The translations under genes and the position numbers were made by a program. Below, one piece after another: positions 51,650 to 64,000 of a stretch of 64,000 nt of DNA (positions are counted from its first letter, which is position 1; every line of letters starts with the position of its first letter). Source of the stretch: Paraspadella gotoi. Lineage: Eukaryota; Animalia; Chaetognatha. The notes beneath the pieces were generated by a model. The model did not search any database. It was not told where the DNA came from and saw nothing but the letters and a program-made list of their open reading frames with translations. The stretch is from positions 24,347,657 to 24,411,656 of the forward strand of contig CM119263.1 of the NCBI GenBank assembly GCA_051294375.1, read 5' to 3'.

Positions 51650-52380
51650 CTCTTCTCTCTCCTCTTCCCTTCTCTCCCTGATTCTAAATTCTCGGCCCAT
51701 CTCTATCTCTATCATTCCCGGCGTCTCTCTCTGTCTCTCTCTGTCCCTCAGTGGGTTGCCGCGGTCTGGATGCGGAGGCCGCCGCTCGATCATCGATATT
51801 GTGATGACGTCATAAAGCTTGTTTTGACGAAAATGACCCAAGTCGTTTTCTTAGACTTTTTTTTCGTCGTCGACGTCGTCGTCCTTTTCTTCGTCAGATT
51901 CGTCCGTTGCTCAGTCAATTTTTCATGATAAAATCAATGCCGAGGGGAAAAGCCAAAGGACTAATAAGAAAAGAATCAAATGCTGAAGAGAGAATAATGA
52001 AAGAAAAGAAAATTATTAAAAAAAATTACGAACAGGATAAAGAGAAGAACTTCCAGGAAAAGGACAGAGAAAACGCCCATGACTATTAACAAACGAATAA
52101 ACCGCTGAGGTTAAGGTAAAGCAACGCAGGGGAAGAACTTAAAAAAGGAAAAAATAAACGCGAAACCAAAAAAATAACAAAAAGAAATATAGCTTTGTAA
52201 ATGCGCCACACGGGGCCCCATTGGATAAAAGAGACGCGAGGTATCTCTTCCCCTGCAGGGCCTCGTAGGAAATTCAGCGGCGTTTTCTCATTCTCGCCTC
52301 TTCCGTGATTCAATCGCATTTGCATCCGAAGACTATCAACCCGGCACGCCCCCGGAAACGAGCGGTTGTTTTGTCAACAT

Positions 52381-52467
<87 letters not shown>

Positions 52468-53116
52468 GATATTCTCTATCTTCCTCTGTCGTAAAAGGAT
52501 CACCTTGCAAAGGTCTAGGCTCTTATTTTTTCGCACGTTGAATTTCCATGAGTCATTTCGCCTTCAATCCCCATTCATGTTGTTCTTTAATTCTCTTCTT
52601 AATCTTCTCCCTTTTCTCACTGGAATCGCGATGCAGTTGGAGTTCAATGAAACCTAAAAGCTCGAAACTCCTCGACTCTCATTGGTTTTTTCCTCGGGGA
52701 AGAGTATGGCCTCTTGTCTTTCTTTTCGATTCATATTTTTTGTCCGTAAAGAATTTAATGAAGAAAACTCTTTCGATTTCGCCGTCAGTGAATTTGTGAG
52801 AAAATATTAATGTCCGGTCTCTTATCTTTAATCGTTTTTTTTTGGCAATGGCCAATGGATCGAGGAGAAAGAATTTACAATTTAACTGTTCCTAGATTTT
52901 CACAATAATAGTTAATACGCTCTACGCTTTTTAAGATCATTTCTGCCATAGATGAAATAAAATTCAAAACCCCGAATGAGACCTTCTCACCTTCTCTCTT
53001 CAAAACTCGCCAAACTTTTGGCATCGTCGCCCATCTTCTTCGTCATCATCATCATCATCATCATCATCCTTCATCATCTCACGGATCCGCGGGAATCCTC
53101 GAGGGAAAAACGGAAA

Positions 53117-53131
53117 CCGGAAGTGACGTCA
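53117..53131. promoter_or_regulatory. Composite ETS-CRE motif CCGGAAGTGACGTCA
   Basis: Exact overlapping ETS (CCGGAAGT) and palindromic CRE (TGACGTCA) in a CpG-rich patch. Function is not shown. Confidence 0.35.
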
Positions 53132-54082
53132 TCCTTCGACGCGGAGACCCGGAATTCCGAGCGAGACGCGGGGCACAGAGTTTCGCGAACAAGCGCCCGC
53201 CGCAATACCCACCAAGCACACCTTTCAAGCACCCGACTCCCTCACCGAACGGGCGCCATCCCCCTCCTCATCCCGGCTCCACCCCCTTTCCTCCCACCCG
53301 CCCACCCGCCCCTCCTCCATCCCCACCGCCGCCGAAGATATCCCCCTCATGATCCATAATTCATCTGATTTCGTTGCGAGCGGAAAAGCGTTAAAATATG
53401 GGCGGAAAGACGACGATGAGGATAACGACGACGAAGTCGACGAAAACGACGACGAAGACGACGAAGACGACATATAATTAAACATGGTATTGTAGCGACG
53501 TGCCTTATTAATTAGCATTTTTGTCGAAAAATAAACATTGATAAAAAAAACAAAAAAAAAAAACGTTAAGTGAAACATTTAAGATTCGGCTTCTGTAAGA
53601 CAACTTTTGCTTCTTCGGTATTTCATCCTCGACTGATAATCAAACCTTGAACGTTTCTCGTCTTTAACCCTTAACCTCATTAATCCAGCTGACATCCCTC
53701 GTATTAGCAGAGTTAATTCGTACCCTTCGCCTTCACAATGCTTCATAAAAAGAGATTTAACAACAACAACGCTCATTATTATTAATAACAGAAGCTCGAA
53801 AAGCTTTTTTTTTGTACATTGAGTTTAGAAAATGATTCGTGCTCATCGTTGACCTGTGACCTCAAACTCTCTCGCTCTCTGTCTCTCTCTGTCTCTGTCT
53901 CTGATCGACTTTGCTCGAAATGTGTAAACTGTAAACCTCTCACCATTCCTTTTCTCCCTCTCGACGTCGTCTGCTTAGATTTCCCTTTTATTTTCATGGA
54001 ATCGACCTTGGCGTCGGTCGCCTGGCAATGCGATGCAAACAACGATCGACTTCATTACTCATTAATGAAGAGTTTAGAGGGC

Positions 54083-54122
<40 letters not shown>

Positions 54123-54529
54123 CATTAATGAGGCTCTGGTTCTCCTTATTTCTTTTCCATCGACACCAGAAAAAAAGGACGTTTAACGATTGCAATCGCC
54201 AGCAGATTGCATATCACAGCGCCGTGCACATTTTGCTACAGAGTGCACAGTTTGCCACAAAGTGTACATTTCTCTACAAAGGTCACTTTTCGTAAATCTT
54301 AGATTTTAAAAATTTGTCGATTAATCTTTATATTTTGTTCTCTTCATTTTTGTAGTCCTTTTTCGCTTTCGATGATACAAAGAGATTGCAAATGCGAATG
54401 CAGAAGCGAGAGACGATCCATTTCGTGAGTGAGTTGACGTGATGACGTCACTGGAGACTTCCGTGATGACTTTGTCCATTTCCGTGAGGGGGAGAAAATG
54501 TGACGAGAGAGAGAGAGAAGAGAGAGAGG

Positions 54530-54614
<85 letters not shown>

Positions 54615-55451
54615 AACTGGATCAGTAAGAAGAAACGATATTATATGACGAAAATATGTGACATAAATCCTTTAGAACAAAGGCTGGGGGGAATTTAGAG
54701 CTCGCCTGATGTATAAAGGATATCACGCACGAGTCCAGTGAAACATACACGAGGATCGATTGAGACTCGCAATCGAAACTGACGAGTGAGACCCGCAAAG
54801 GCCTGCAATGGCTCACCGACCGCCTCTCGTAATGTGATGCGTGATTATTCTGCCCCCGATCACAAATGAAGGGACGGGGGACTCGTATTTTGAGGCGGCG
54901 ACGGCGGCTGGGGCATGGCGGCGGCATGGCGGCGGCGATGACGACGACATTTTTAACGACACAAAGATTTCAGCGAACACGCCTACTCGAGTTGCGGGAC
55001 GCCCTCTGCACAAAAACAAAAGATATTAAAATTTTTATAACGTTTCGTATGATTGTCTTGGCATTTTAGTTAGTGTGTGGTGAGATGAATGTTATTATAA
55101 ATACTAATTAAATACTTATAAATAGCAAATACTAAATACCAAACAAATACTTTTCACTGACCAGTTTTTTATTTTGAGAAATGATGCACTGAAGTCTGAA
55201 GTGAAGAGGTTTAATAACCACAACTAAAACTTAAAAAAAAAAAATTAAAAAAAACCAAAATCCTAAGTAGAAGAAGACTAAATATGGAGTAATGACGATC
55301 GTTTTTATAAATATTTACATTACAAACGGAAAGCGGCGGAATATTCATGAGCCAGGAGGAAAGATGCGAACATAAATAAAATCAGGAAAGAAATTTAAAA
55401 AAAAAATTTGCCACACGTATTAAGAGAGCGGGAGGTAGGTGAACAAAGGGG

Positions 55452-55541
<90 letters not shown>

Positions 55542-56353
55542 GTGAGAGAGAGAGAGGGAAAGAAAAAACTGATAATAACGAATATATAGAACGAAAAATG
55601 CAATAAATGTACAGTGTACAAAACCACGCCTACGAGGACAGTAATAAACGCGAAGGCTAACGTCGTGACCGACGAGTAAATAAGAAGACGACGACGACGA
55701 CGACGACGGACGACGCGACGACGAAGAATAAAAGAGATTAAAACCGAGGATCGAATACAAAAGGAGTGAGATGGAAAAGTGGAACACAAAAAGAGAAAGA
55801 AAGAGCGCGAGGAGTTTTGGGGGAGTTGTAAGAATTGAGAGGCGGAGGAAATGAGGGAAGGAGGGAGGAGGAGAGGAGGAGGAGCAAGAGGCTGACCCGA
55901 AACGAATGGAGATCCGAAGATGCAAATGACATTCGAGGATAGAATTGGGTCGAGATTAGGAGAAATCATGACTTCGATGATTCGACGCTGCGTCAGCGAG
56001 ATTCGCCTGCTTCGGTGACGCCCCTTCGCCCCGCTTGGCAACCGCGTGGTAAAACTTGAACGCTATTCGTTTATTTAAGGCAAATTTGATCTTTCAACGT
56101 AGAATCTTAACAAGGTATTTTTAAAAGTATTAAGTTTCGGTCTCTGGTTGCCAATACAGACCTGTACAAGCGGGGATCAGCATGTCGTGAGACTTCAAAC
56201 TTTAATTGAAAACAGTTAATTTATATCCTATTCAGTAATTACTGAAATTCCCACCTCGCATTCTTTTTTTATAGAAAAAACCGGTTATTCAAAACGAAGC
56301 CTCGCCCCCGATAATAATAATAATCTTCAACCCCAATTACATCGTCGACAACC

Positions 56354-57214
56354 ATGGAGATCTTTAACGGAGACGGAGTCGTCTCGCGACGCGGCCTATA
56401 CGGTCGCTTCTACTGCGGCCGCCCTTTGCTCACCTGCCGCTGCTGCGACGTCAACTGCGGTCCCAACATTGGCTGCTGCTGCAATTCCTGCGCGGAGGCG
56501 CAAACCATCCGTTGCCCGCAAAACCATCCCTTGATCATCTGTAGCCTCCTGAGCAGATGGGTCTGCGACGCGAAGAAAGAACCAGGCGGATGCAGGCGTC
56601 GGCCCAAGATATTCTCGTCGTTGACGTCGGGAGCCGTCGCTCGATTCCGCTGCAATGTTTGCGATTACAACATCTGCGAGGAATGCTTCGCTCACCGCGT
56701 CGTCGATGCGCATCCCAGCGCCCGCTGCCCCAAGAAGCACCTGCTGCGGCTGAGCCGGCGGGAAAACGCGTGGACCTGCGACAGGTGCGGGGATTGTAGC
56801 TTGGAGGCTAACGATAGGTATCGCTGCGACAGGTGCGATTACGATCTCTGCTCAACGTGTTACGTCCTGCACGAGAGGGGCCTTCAATCAATGATGTTGT
56901 CGAAGGCCAGTGACGAAAAGCTACGCCCATCGTCGCCGCGCCGAGTCTATCCAACTGCTCCGTCCGTCATACCGCCAAACGTCTCTTCATCTTCGATCAG
57001 TCAAAAAGAAAAGAGATTGGCGGAAGAAGTGGAGCGACTCAAAGCCTCGAAGGAGAAGATGGAAGAGGAGAACCAATGCGCCATCTGCTTGACGGAAACT
57101 AAAAACACGGCCTTCGTTTGCGGACATCTCGCCTGTTCGATCTGCGCCGCTCAAATCGTCGATTGTCACATTTGCAGGAGGAGAATCGCGTCTAGAATCA
57201 GGATTTATCGCTGA
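56354..57214 (+). CDS. Putative RING E3 ubiquitin ligase with single-exon CDS: N-terminal Cys cluster, two ZZ-like zinc fingers, coiled coil, C-terminal C3HC4 RING of the Mind-bomb/IAP type; 286 aa
   Basis: Kozak ACCATGG. Motifs: FYCG..CRCCDVNCGPNIGCCCNSC; two CPxxHxL..WxCD..C..R(F/Y)RCxxCDY(N/D)(I/L)CxxC repeats; KEKRLAEEVERLKASKEKMEEE; CAICLTETKNTAFVCGHLACSICAAQIVDCHICRRRIASRIRIY. GC-rich codon usage against an AT-rich background. Possible 5' UTR intron at 56115-56274. Confidence 0.88.
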   Translation: MEIFNGDGVVSRRGLYGRFYCGRPLLTCRCCDVNCGPNIGCCCNSCAEAQTIRCPQNHPLIICSLLSRWVCDAKKEPGGCRRRPKIFSSLTSGAVARFRCNVCDYNICEECFAHRVVDAHPSARCPKKHLLRLSRRENAWTCDRCGDCSLEANDRYRCDRCDYDLCSTCYVLHERGLQSMMLSKASDEKLRPSSPRRVYPTAPSVIPPNVSSSSISQKEKRLAEEVERLKASKEKMEEENQCAICLTETKNTAFVCGHLACSICAAQIVDCHICRRRIASRIRIYR

Positions 57215-58254
57215 CTCATGGATTAGAAAAACACCTTTCGATAAATACATTCAAATTTATGCTATTTTCCTTCACAAACAAACAAAAAATGAGCATTTGA
57301 GTATTGGTGACGGTGTCAATTCTAATTAATATTCTTTTAAACAAAAAGTCATTAAACAATAAAGATAAATATTGTTAATAATAATAATAATCGCTTCGAT
57401 CTTAATTATGGATTGTTCGAAATGAGACTAAGACTCACATTTGGTGGACTGAGAAAAAAAAGGTAGTTAACAATATCAGAACCGGATCGGCGCCTTATAA
57501 TCGCAGAGGGCAGATACTTCAGATAAGAGGAGGAGGGGGTGACAATCTCAGAGGGCAGTAAACCCCGAAGGCTTTAGGAGAGATGAGGTAAAGCAGTGGG
57601 TGAAGAAAGGGTGAGGGCGGGTGAGGTTCAATTTATTCCGCAGCGAATTTCCGCCGAAATCTCGACGATCGTCGATTCTCGACATAAAATCTGCTTTTTA
57701 TTTTTAGAGACTGACCTTACTTCAAACCGAGCGACCTTACTTTTAAGCCCAAGATAATCTCAACCCTTTCCGCTAATAAAACTTCCCTCTTCGTTAAATC
57801 TTTCCCCTTTCCCTCGACGATCTCACCTCCTTTCGTTCGACCATATAATCCTCGATCGTTGCCCTCGAATAGCCTCACCTTTAGTTTAGATCTTTCCCGT
57901 CGATGCTTCTCATAAAACTCATCTCGTTTCTTTCCGAAGGACGCTTCCTCGTCTTCTTTCTCCTCCTTTTCTTCTTCTTCTTCTTCTTCGTCCTTCTCCT
58001 CTTCCTTCTCCTCCTCGACAGATTTCCACGTCTGTTGACGTATGGATTTTCGCGTCAAAAAGAAAAAAGAAAAAAAAAAGAAAAAAAGAAAACAAATCAC
58101 GTGAGATAAAAAAAACCTATTGATTTATTCATCGCTCGATTCGCATCTTCAATTTCTGAGCCGTAAATCCTCCTTCAAGACTAAAGCGCGGAATCATTCG
58201 TCACTTGCTGTTTTACTCGACGACAACGACGACGATGACGTACTCGCCTATGTA

Positions 58255-58622
58255 ATTGGTACAACTCAGTGTGGCCTTTTCATACGAATGAAATATTCTT
58301 TTAAATATCATACCACTTCATTGATAAGGAAGCCAGGAACTTTGGGTGATGGAGTGATGGAGGCCTTAAACCACCAAAGCCTGTACAAAGTCAGAGGCAA
58401 GATAGCTTATTTATCAGACAGACCATTGTGGTTTAAGGCCTCCATCACTCTTACAAGATTTATAACATACCAGGGCCCTGCATTGAAAAATTTCAATCGA
58501 GACTCTCTCTCAGTCTTGTTTATTAATTTCCAGAGAACCTGGCTTCCCTATCAATGAAGTATTATAATATTTTTAAACTGTTTCAATTAGATAAAAAGAA
58601 CACTCCCTTAAGTATTAGATCG
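58255..58622. mobile_element. Two repeat family A copies in inverted (head-to-head) arrangement
   Basis: 58255-58413 is reverse-complement family A. 58428-58622 is forward family A ending CCCTTAAGTATTAGATCG, as at 8307. Confidence 0.8.
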
Positions 58623-59397
58623 ATCAGTCAGTCAGTCAACTCTTAGGTTCCTTCTGTTTTTACACATACCNNNNNNNNNNGTCAGTCAACTCTTAGTTTC
58701 CTTCTGTTTTTACACATACCCAACCTTTGCATCGTTTTTCGTTAATCCATCCCAAAGCTTTCTTAGTTTATTACTCCCTCGGTGAAATAGAGACGGGAAA
58801 ACATTTTGTTTACAAACAACGTCAAACAAAACGCAAAGAAAGGAAAAACCACAACGATATTACTCTAGCAAAAAATAAAAAAAAGAGAGTTGATTATCAT
58901 ACGAGTTTGTTTATCCAATGATGTTTTTTCGTTTATTCGCTAAAATCTTTCACCTTCTTTTTTGACGGATGCTATTTTTAGGTGCAATAAAAAATATTTA
59001 GTCTGCTCTCTATCTCTCTATCGTGCATCTCCTCTCCATCATGCTCTCTCGTCGGCTCTGGCTCTTGCTCTCTCTCTGAATTACGTTCTCTCTCTCGACT
59101 CTCTCTCGTTTCGGCACGTTTTTGGCGATTCACGATCTTACCAACTTCACCGCCAGAGAAAATGGAGTTTTCCGTTGTCGTTGTCGTTGTCGTCGTCATC
59201 CTCGTCATCATTGTCGTCGTCATCTTCATTGTCGTCGTCGTCGTGGTCGTCGTCCTCGTCGTTACAGAATCCATTCGTTCCTCCAGACGTCATCAATCTT
59301 TTCTTCCGCTGGAGTTAAAGACTCGTCGGATAATTAAATACCATGCATGACGAGTTTTGGCATGCGCGCGAACCTTCTTCAGTTTTCCGTTTCTTTA

Positions 59398-59526
<129 letters not shown>

Positions 59527-62135
59527 TCTCTTCTCAATCTCTCTCTCTCTCGGTCCTTTCAATGCTCTATCTCTCTCTTTAAGTCTCTTTCTAACACTTC
59601 TCTCTCTCGTGTGTAGAGGGCGCGCTTCTCGTCCTCTCTCTCTCTCTTCCGTTCTCTCTCTCTCTACTCTCTCTCTCTCTACTCTCTGTACTCTCTCTCT
59701 CTCTCTCTCTCTCATACTCTCTCTTCTCTCTCTCTTCTCTCTTTCTTTCATCTTCCACCCGTCCCGTCATTTCCGTTCGAGATATACCTCACTCGCTGAC
59801 GTCTTCTTCACGCTTGCCAGCCTCTTTAAATAATTTCATTAGTCCGCCGTCATCTACCTTAAGGAGTCCTCGTTCACCTTCACGCCATTCGAAATGTCAC
59901 GTCCGTCTCGACTCTCGAGGATGCGTACTTCCATCGTAGCTCATCAAATCGAATCACATCAATTTGCATAAAAACGACGACGAGGAGCAATTCGATAGCT
60001 GGGTGGCCGTTCTGTGGGTGTGTTCGTGGTTTCATTACTTGAAACAGGAATGCACGAACGTGTATGCCATCGCATTGAGAGACGAGAGACGCAGAGAGAT
60101 GGCAGAGAGAGATGAGCAAGAGAGAGAGATCGAGAGAGCAAGACAGAGAGAGGAGATGAGAGAGAAGAGAGATGAGCAGGAGAGAAGAGAACTTTTATTT
60201 ACATACATATCATTACCTACACACCTATATGATTCTTTTTTGAGAAAGAATGTTCTAACATAAATATCTGGAAAAGACTTTAATTAAAATTATTTACACC
60301 TTATCATAAAAAACGCACTTAAGAAAAAAAAAGGATAAGTCTACCACGGTTTTATGGCTTTTTAGTTATCCATAGCGGAAATTATTGAAAGAAGAAAAAA
60401 AAGAAAGACATTCGGATAACGGAAATTGAAAACAATAAAAATAAACATACCGCGACTCGGGAAAAGTAAAATAGAAATCGCCCCGACATGAAAGCATAAA
60501 AAAACAAAAAAAACAAAAGAAGATCTCTGTCAGGTAAAGATTCTCCGCGCGGAAATCTAATATTCCACTCAGGTTTCTCCACCAATACGACGCTGCGCGC
60601 TTCCTGCTATGATTTCATTGTCATTTTGTCTAAAAAATAGAAGATTGGCCGACTGGAGACGAATGACGCAAGGCGAAAAAAAAACAAAAAGTGAAGAAAA
60701 ATGAGCAAAAGCCGAGACAGAGAGGAAGTAGTGAGAGACGATGGTGAGAGGAGAAAAAAACAAAGGGAAACAAGAATAGGCAGGACACCGGAAAAAAAGC
60801 GGGAAAAACTTATTCATATCTCCTTGCCAGTTCGAACTCACTCGCTTCGATATTCCGATACTCGTGGTTTGGCTTGCTTCCCTCTCTCTCTCTCTCCTCT
60901 CCTCTCTCGTCTCTACCTCTCTCTCTCTCTCTCTCTCCCTCTCTCTCTCTCTATTTCTCAATTGAGTTCCTCCATTATTTCTCTCCTTTAGTTTCATTTC
61001 TATTTCCCTCTTTGTCTCCTCGTTGGATTTTCCCTTTCTCTCTTGTCTCTCTTCACTTCTCTTCTTTTCTCTTCTCATTCTCTTCTCTTTCTCTTCACTT
61101 CGCTCTTCTCTTCTCTTCTCTTCTGCTTCCTCTTCTCTTCTCTTCTCTTCCTCTTTCTTCTTCTCTTCTCTTCCTCCCATCCTTCCTCCTTCAACACATC
61201 ATACTTATCTTATTAGTCGCCCTTCTTCAATTATGCCCCCGCCTGACGTGCTCCACATAAACCCACCGTTTCGTATCTCAATTCGGAATCGGATACTCCC
61301 TCGGAGCAGAAGAGGTGACATTTTTTTTCGAAGCGCAATTACGCGTGCGTTTTCTACGTTTCGTGCGTCGCCGTCATCCGGGCGTCACTCGCGTCACCGC
61401 CGATCCATCCGGCCTTCACCGTCGGCTCAACCATCATGTCGCCGTCACCGTCCTCTCGGGGCGGGACAGACATTATAGTCACACCGAACCTTCTCAATAA
61501 ATTTCGTATTGTCTTCTTACCGATCAAAACGGTCCCATAACGAGTCGATGCTGCTGAATCCTTTCCTGTTCGACGTCACCAGCTCTTTTCCAATAACTTC
61601 TATGGACATTAAGTTTTTTATATACACGCGAGCTTCTCCACCAGTTCTGTCTGTCTTGTAGAAACTTCAGTATAACAATTTTGATAGAATTGTGGAAATG
61701 GAAATATGGAACTTCAACTGTTTTTGATTATAGGCAATATAGTAAAAATTGTTGATTATGCGCTTATGTTAAAATAGTTTGGTTAAATTTTTGGCGTAAA
61801 TTTAGTGGTAAAAGTTTAGTAAATTTTCTAATTTTATCTTTTTTGACATAAAACTATTATGAATTAGTAAAAATAGATAATTGTGCACCAACAGACTTGC
61901 TGAAATAGCGTGAATTTTATGTCAAATTGTGAAAGATCAATTTGATTTGTGGTCCAAAATTGGGTTTATTCAATAATTCGATCTATCCGAAGATGGTCAA
62001 TACGACAATACGTCAATCCGAAGATTAATGATTCCAAAAATCTACAAAATTTCAGATCTTACGTTGGGCGCTCCTATAGTCTCATAACTCATTTTCCCAC
62101 TTTAATAATAGTAATATCCGTGCTTTATGTAGTAA

Positions 62136-62276
62136 AATTGGGTCCAACCAATATAAGAAAATATATCCATTCATTTAATAAATAAGACTATTTTTAGCCC
62201 TAAACTTTGGGACAGGGCTTTCGCCTCGGTTTTAGTCCTCCATCACACGTACAAGGATGAATGGACGATATGCAGG
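62136..62276 (+). mobile_element. Repeat family A copy (5' part, diverged)
   Basis: AAATTGGGTCCAACCAATATAAG..TATCCATTCATTTAATAAATAAG..CCTCCATCACAC matches 8039-8140. Confidence 0.75.
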
Positions 62277-63014
62277 TGCCCTGTCAATAGTATGTCAGTG
62301 TATTTCAAATGTCTCGACTTTAAGTTCTATTTTTAGGTCGACTTCTCAATTCTCAATAAAGATAAAAAAAAGGGAAAAACACCTACCAACTTCCACCGCG
62401 CCTAACACAAACCAACGAGATTGATCAGGAGCAATAATTAGATTTCCCCTTCATTCCTTCACGTGAGAAATTTACCGTTGGCAATCGAGACGTGAGCGAT
62501 CTACTTTATCCAAACCAAACCACTTTCTATCCCGTTTGCCAATTCACCACTATCACCTTATCACACTCCTCCGTGGAGGTGATGGAGATGAAAATGGCGA
62601 ACGAAATGAGATGAATCGATTTAGAGAAATCAGAAAAGCGAATTGAATCAAATCGGCGTACAATGATGCGGCATTAATTTTTAGATAAAAAAAATTTGGT
62701 TTACATTTGTAAAGAAAACAATTCCAACCAGCGTTTGAACAAAGGGGGAAAAACAATTTCTCAATGAACATTGGAATTTTTAAAAAATTCGATTGGCGAA
62801 TTTTATTTTCTTTCCTACATGATAATAATAATCAGGATCTCGACTCCTCTTTTCCCCCGACCGTCTCACCGTCTCACCGACAACTCTCCAACTCTTCCGC
62901 CTCCACCCCCCCTTATTCCGTGTCTCCCTTCAAACTAGGTAATGGAGCATTTTCGTCCATTTTCGCGGCCCATAAGCGTCGAACGCTACGAGGAATTTCT
63001 CTCTCTCTTTCTCT

Positions 63015-63065
<51 letters not shown>

Positions 63066-63078
63066 CTCTCTTCTTCTC

Positions 63079-63113
<35 letters not shown>

Positions 63114-64000
63114 CTCTCTTCGCTCCGAGTTTATCTTTTGTTTCTTTCGATTTTTTTTTTGGGGTGTTTTGTTTTCTTTTATCTCTTTCGCTCTCGCTCG
63201 TCGCAAAACACATCGTCTTTCTCATCGTCGTTTGTTTCTTTCCGTGTCTGTTCTTTATTTGTGTCCCTAATGTACTTTCTCATTAAAAACCCCCGCGGCG
63301 TCGTCGGGGGTCGATCCTCATATTCAAATGCTCCCAACTAACTCTCCCTTCTCTTTTCCTCCGCAGAGAAAGAAAGCTGTTTGTCTCTCTCTCCCTCTCT
63401 CTTTTCCTCTCTCTCTCTTACTTTCTCTCTCTCTCCGCCAACTCTCCCCGCATCATCGTCATTCGGTCCGCCATCTTGTTTGGGACTCACGATGCGCCAG
63501 CCGGCGACGACTGGCGACGGCGACCGAAAACTTGGATCCGGGAAGAAAAACAAAAGAGCAACGTTGAGCGGAGAAGAAGATGCTGGCGTCAAAAACTCAA
63601 TACAGAGAAGATAACGCCGCCGCTAGGAATCTTAACTATACGCCCTTCAAAAATGGACACGCTAACTCATCCGCTAAAATATAGTAAGCAGTAACTACTG
63701 TACTTTTTACTCTCCCCGCTCTCTCTCTCTCTCTCTCTCTGCTCTCTCCTCTCTCCTCCTCTCTTCTCGCTCTCTCTCTCTCTCTCTCTTCTTTCCTCTT
63801 CCGTCTATAATCTAAATTATTTTCACTTTTCACTCCGATAAATATCAAAATTATAAACATAAAAAATTATATCATTTCATAAAACAACAACGTGCAGCTA
63901 GATTTCAACTTAAATTCAAATCGTTAATTTTGATAAAGTATTTCTAAAAGTTGGTCCCTCATTAACGAAAGGGGAAGAGAGACGATACAAAGCTCGTCCC

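Noticed and set aside
58631-58720. 40-bp direct repeat on either side of a 10-N gap
   Set aside because: Typical unmerged contig overlap.
60527-60541. 15-nt match CTGTCAGGTAAAGAT to the body of miR-8-3p
   Set aside because: The seed (TAATA) is missing and there is no complementary 5' arm, so no precursor hairpin forms.

Overview
AT-rich eukaryotic genomic DNA, almost certainly from an invertebrate animal (short GT-AG introns, draft assembly with N gaps). The first ~10 kb holds four tightly packed, co-oriented + strand genes: RanGAP1 (7 exons, ~587 aa), a 143-aa gene encoding only the HDAC6-type ZnF-UBP domain, a ~318-aa glycine-zipper/Cys-rich 4-TM protein, and an EPT1/SELENOI-type ethanolamine phosphotransferase (11 exons, ~405 aa). 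RanGAP1 intron 1 carries a complete 747-bp TRIM-like LTR element with an ATAT target-site duplication. From ~10.5 to 56 kb I recognise no coding exon. That stretch is rich in (GA/CT)n and other microsatellites and contains several MITEs, two DINE-1/HINE-like Helentron derivatives (one with a nested TA-MITE), a dispersed ~275-bp repeat family and nuclear-receptor-type direct repeats. A 286-aa Cys-cluster/2xZZ-like/coiled-coil/RING E3 ligase with a single-exon CDS lies at 56.35-57.21 kb. All calls come from reading and translating the sequence by eye; no database searches were run. The strongest novelty candidates are the stand-alone HDAC6 ubiquitin-binding finger, the hairpin-rich TRIM with an internal 28-nt repeat array, the E3 architecture and a structured ACA-ending intronic RNA.
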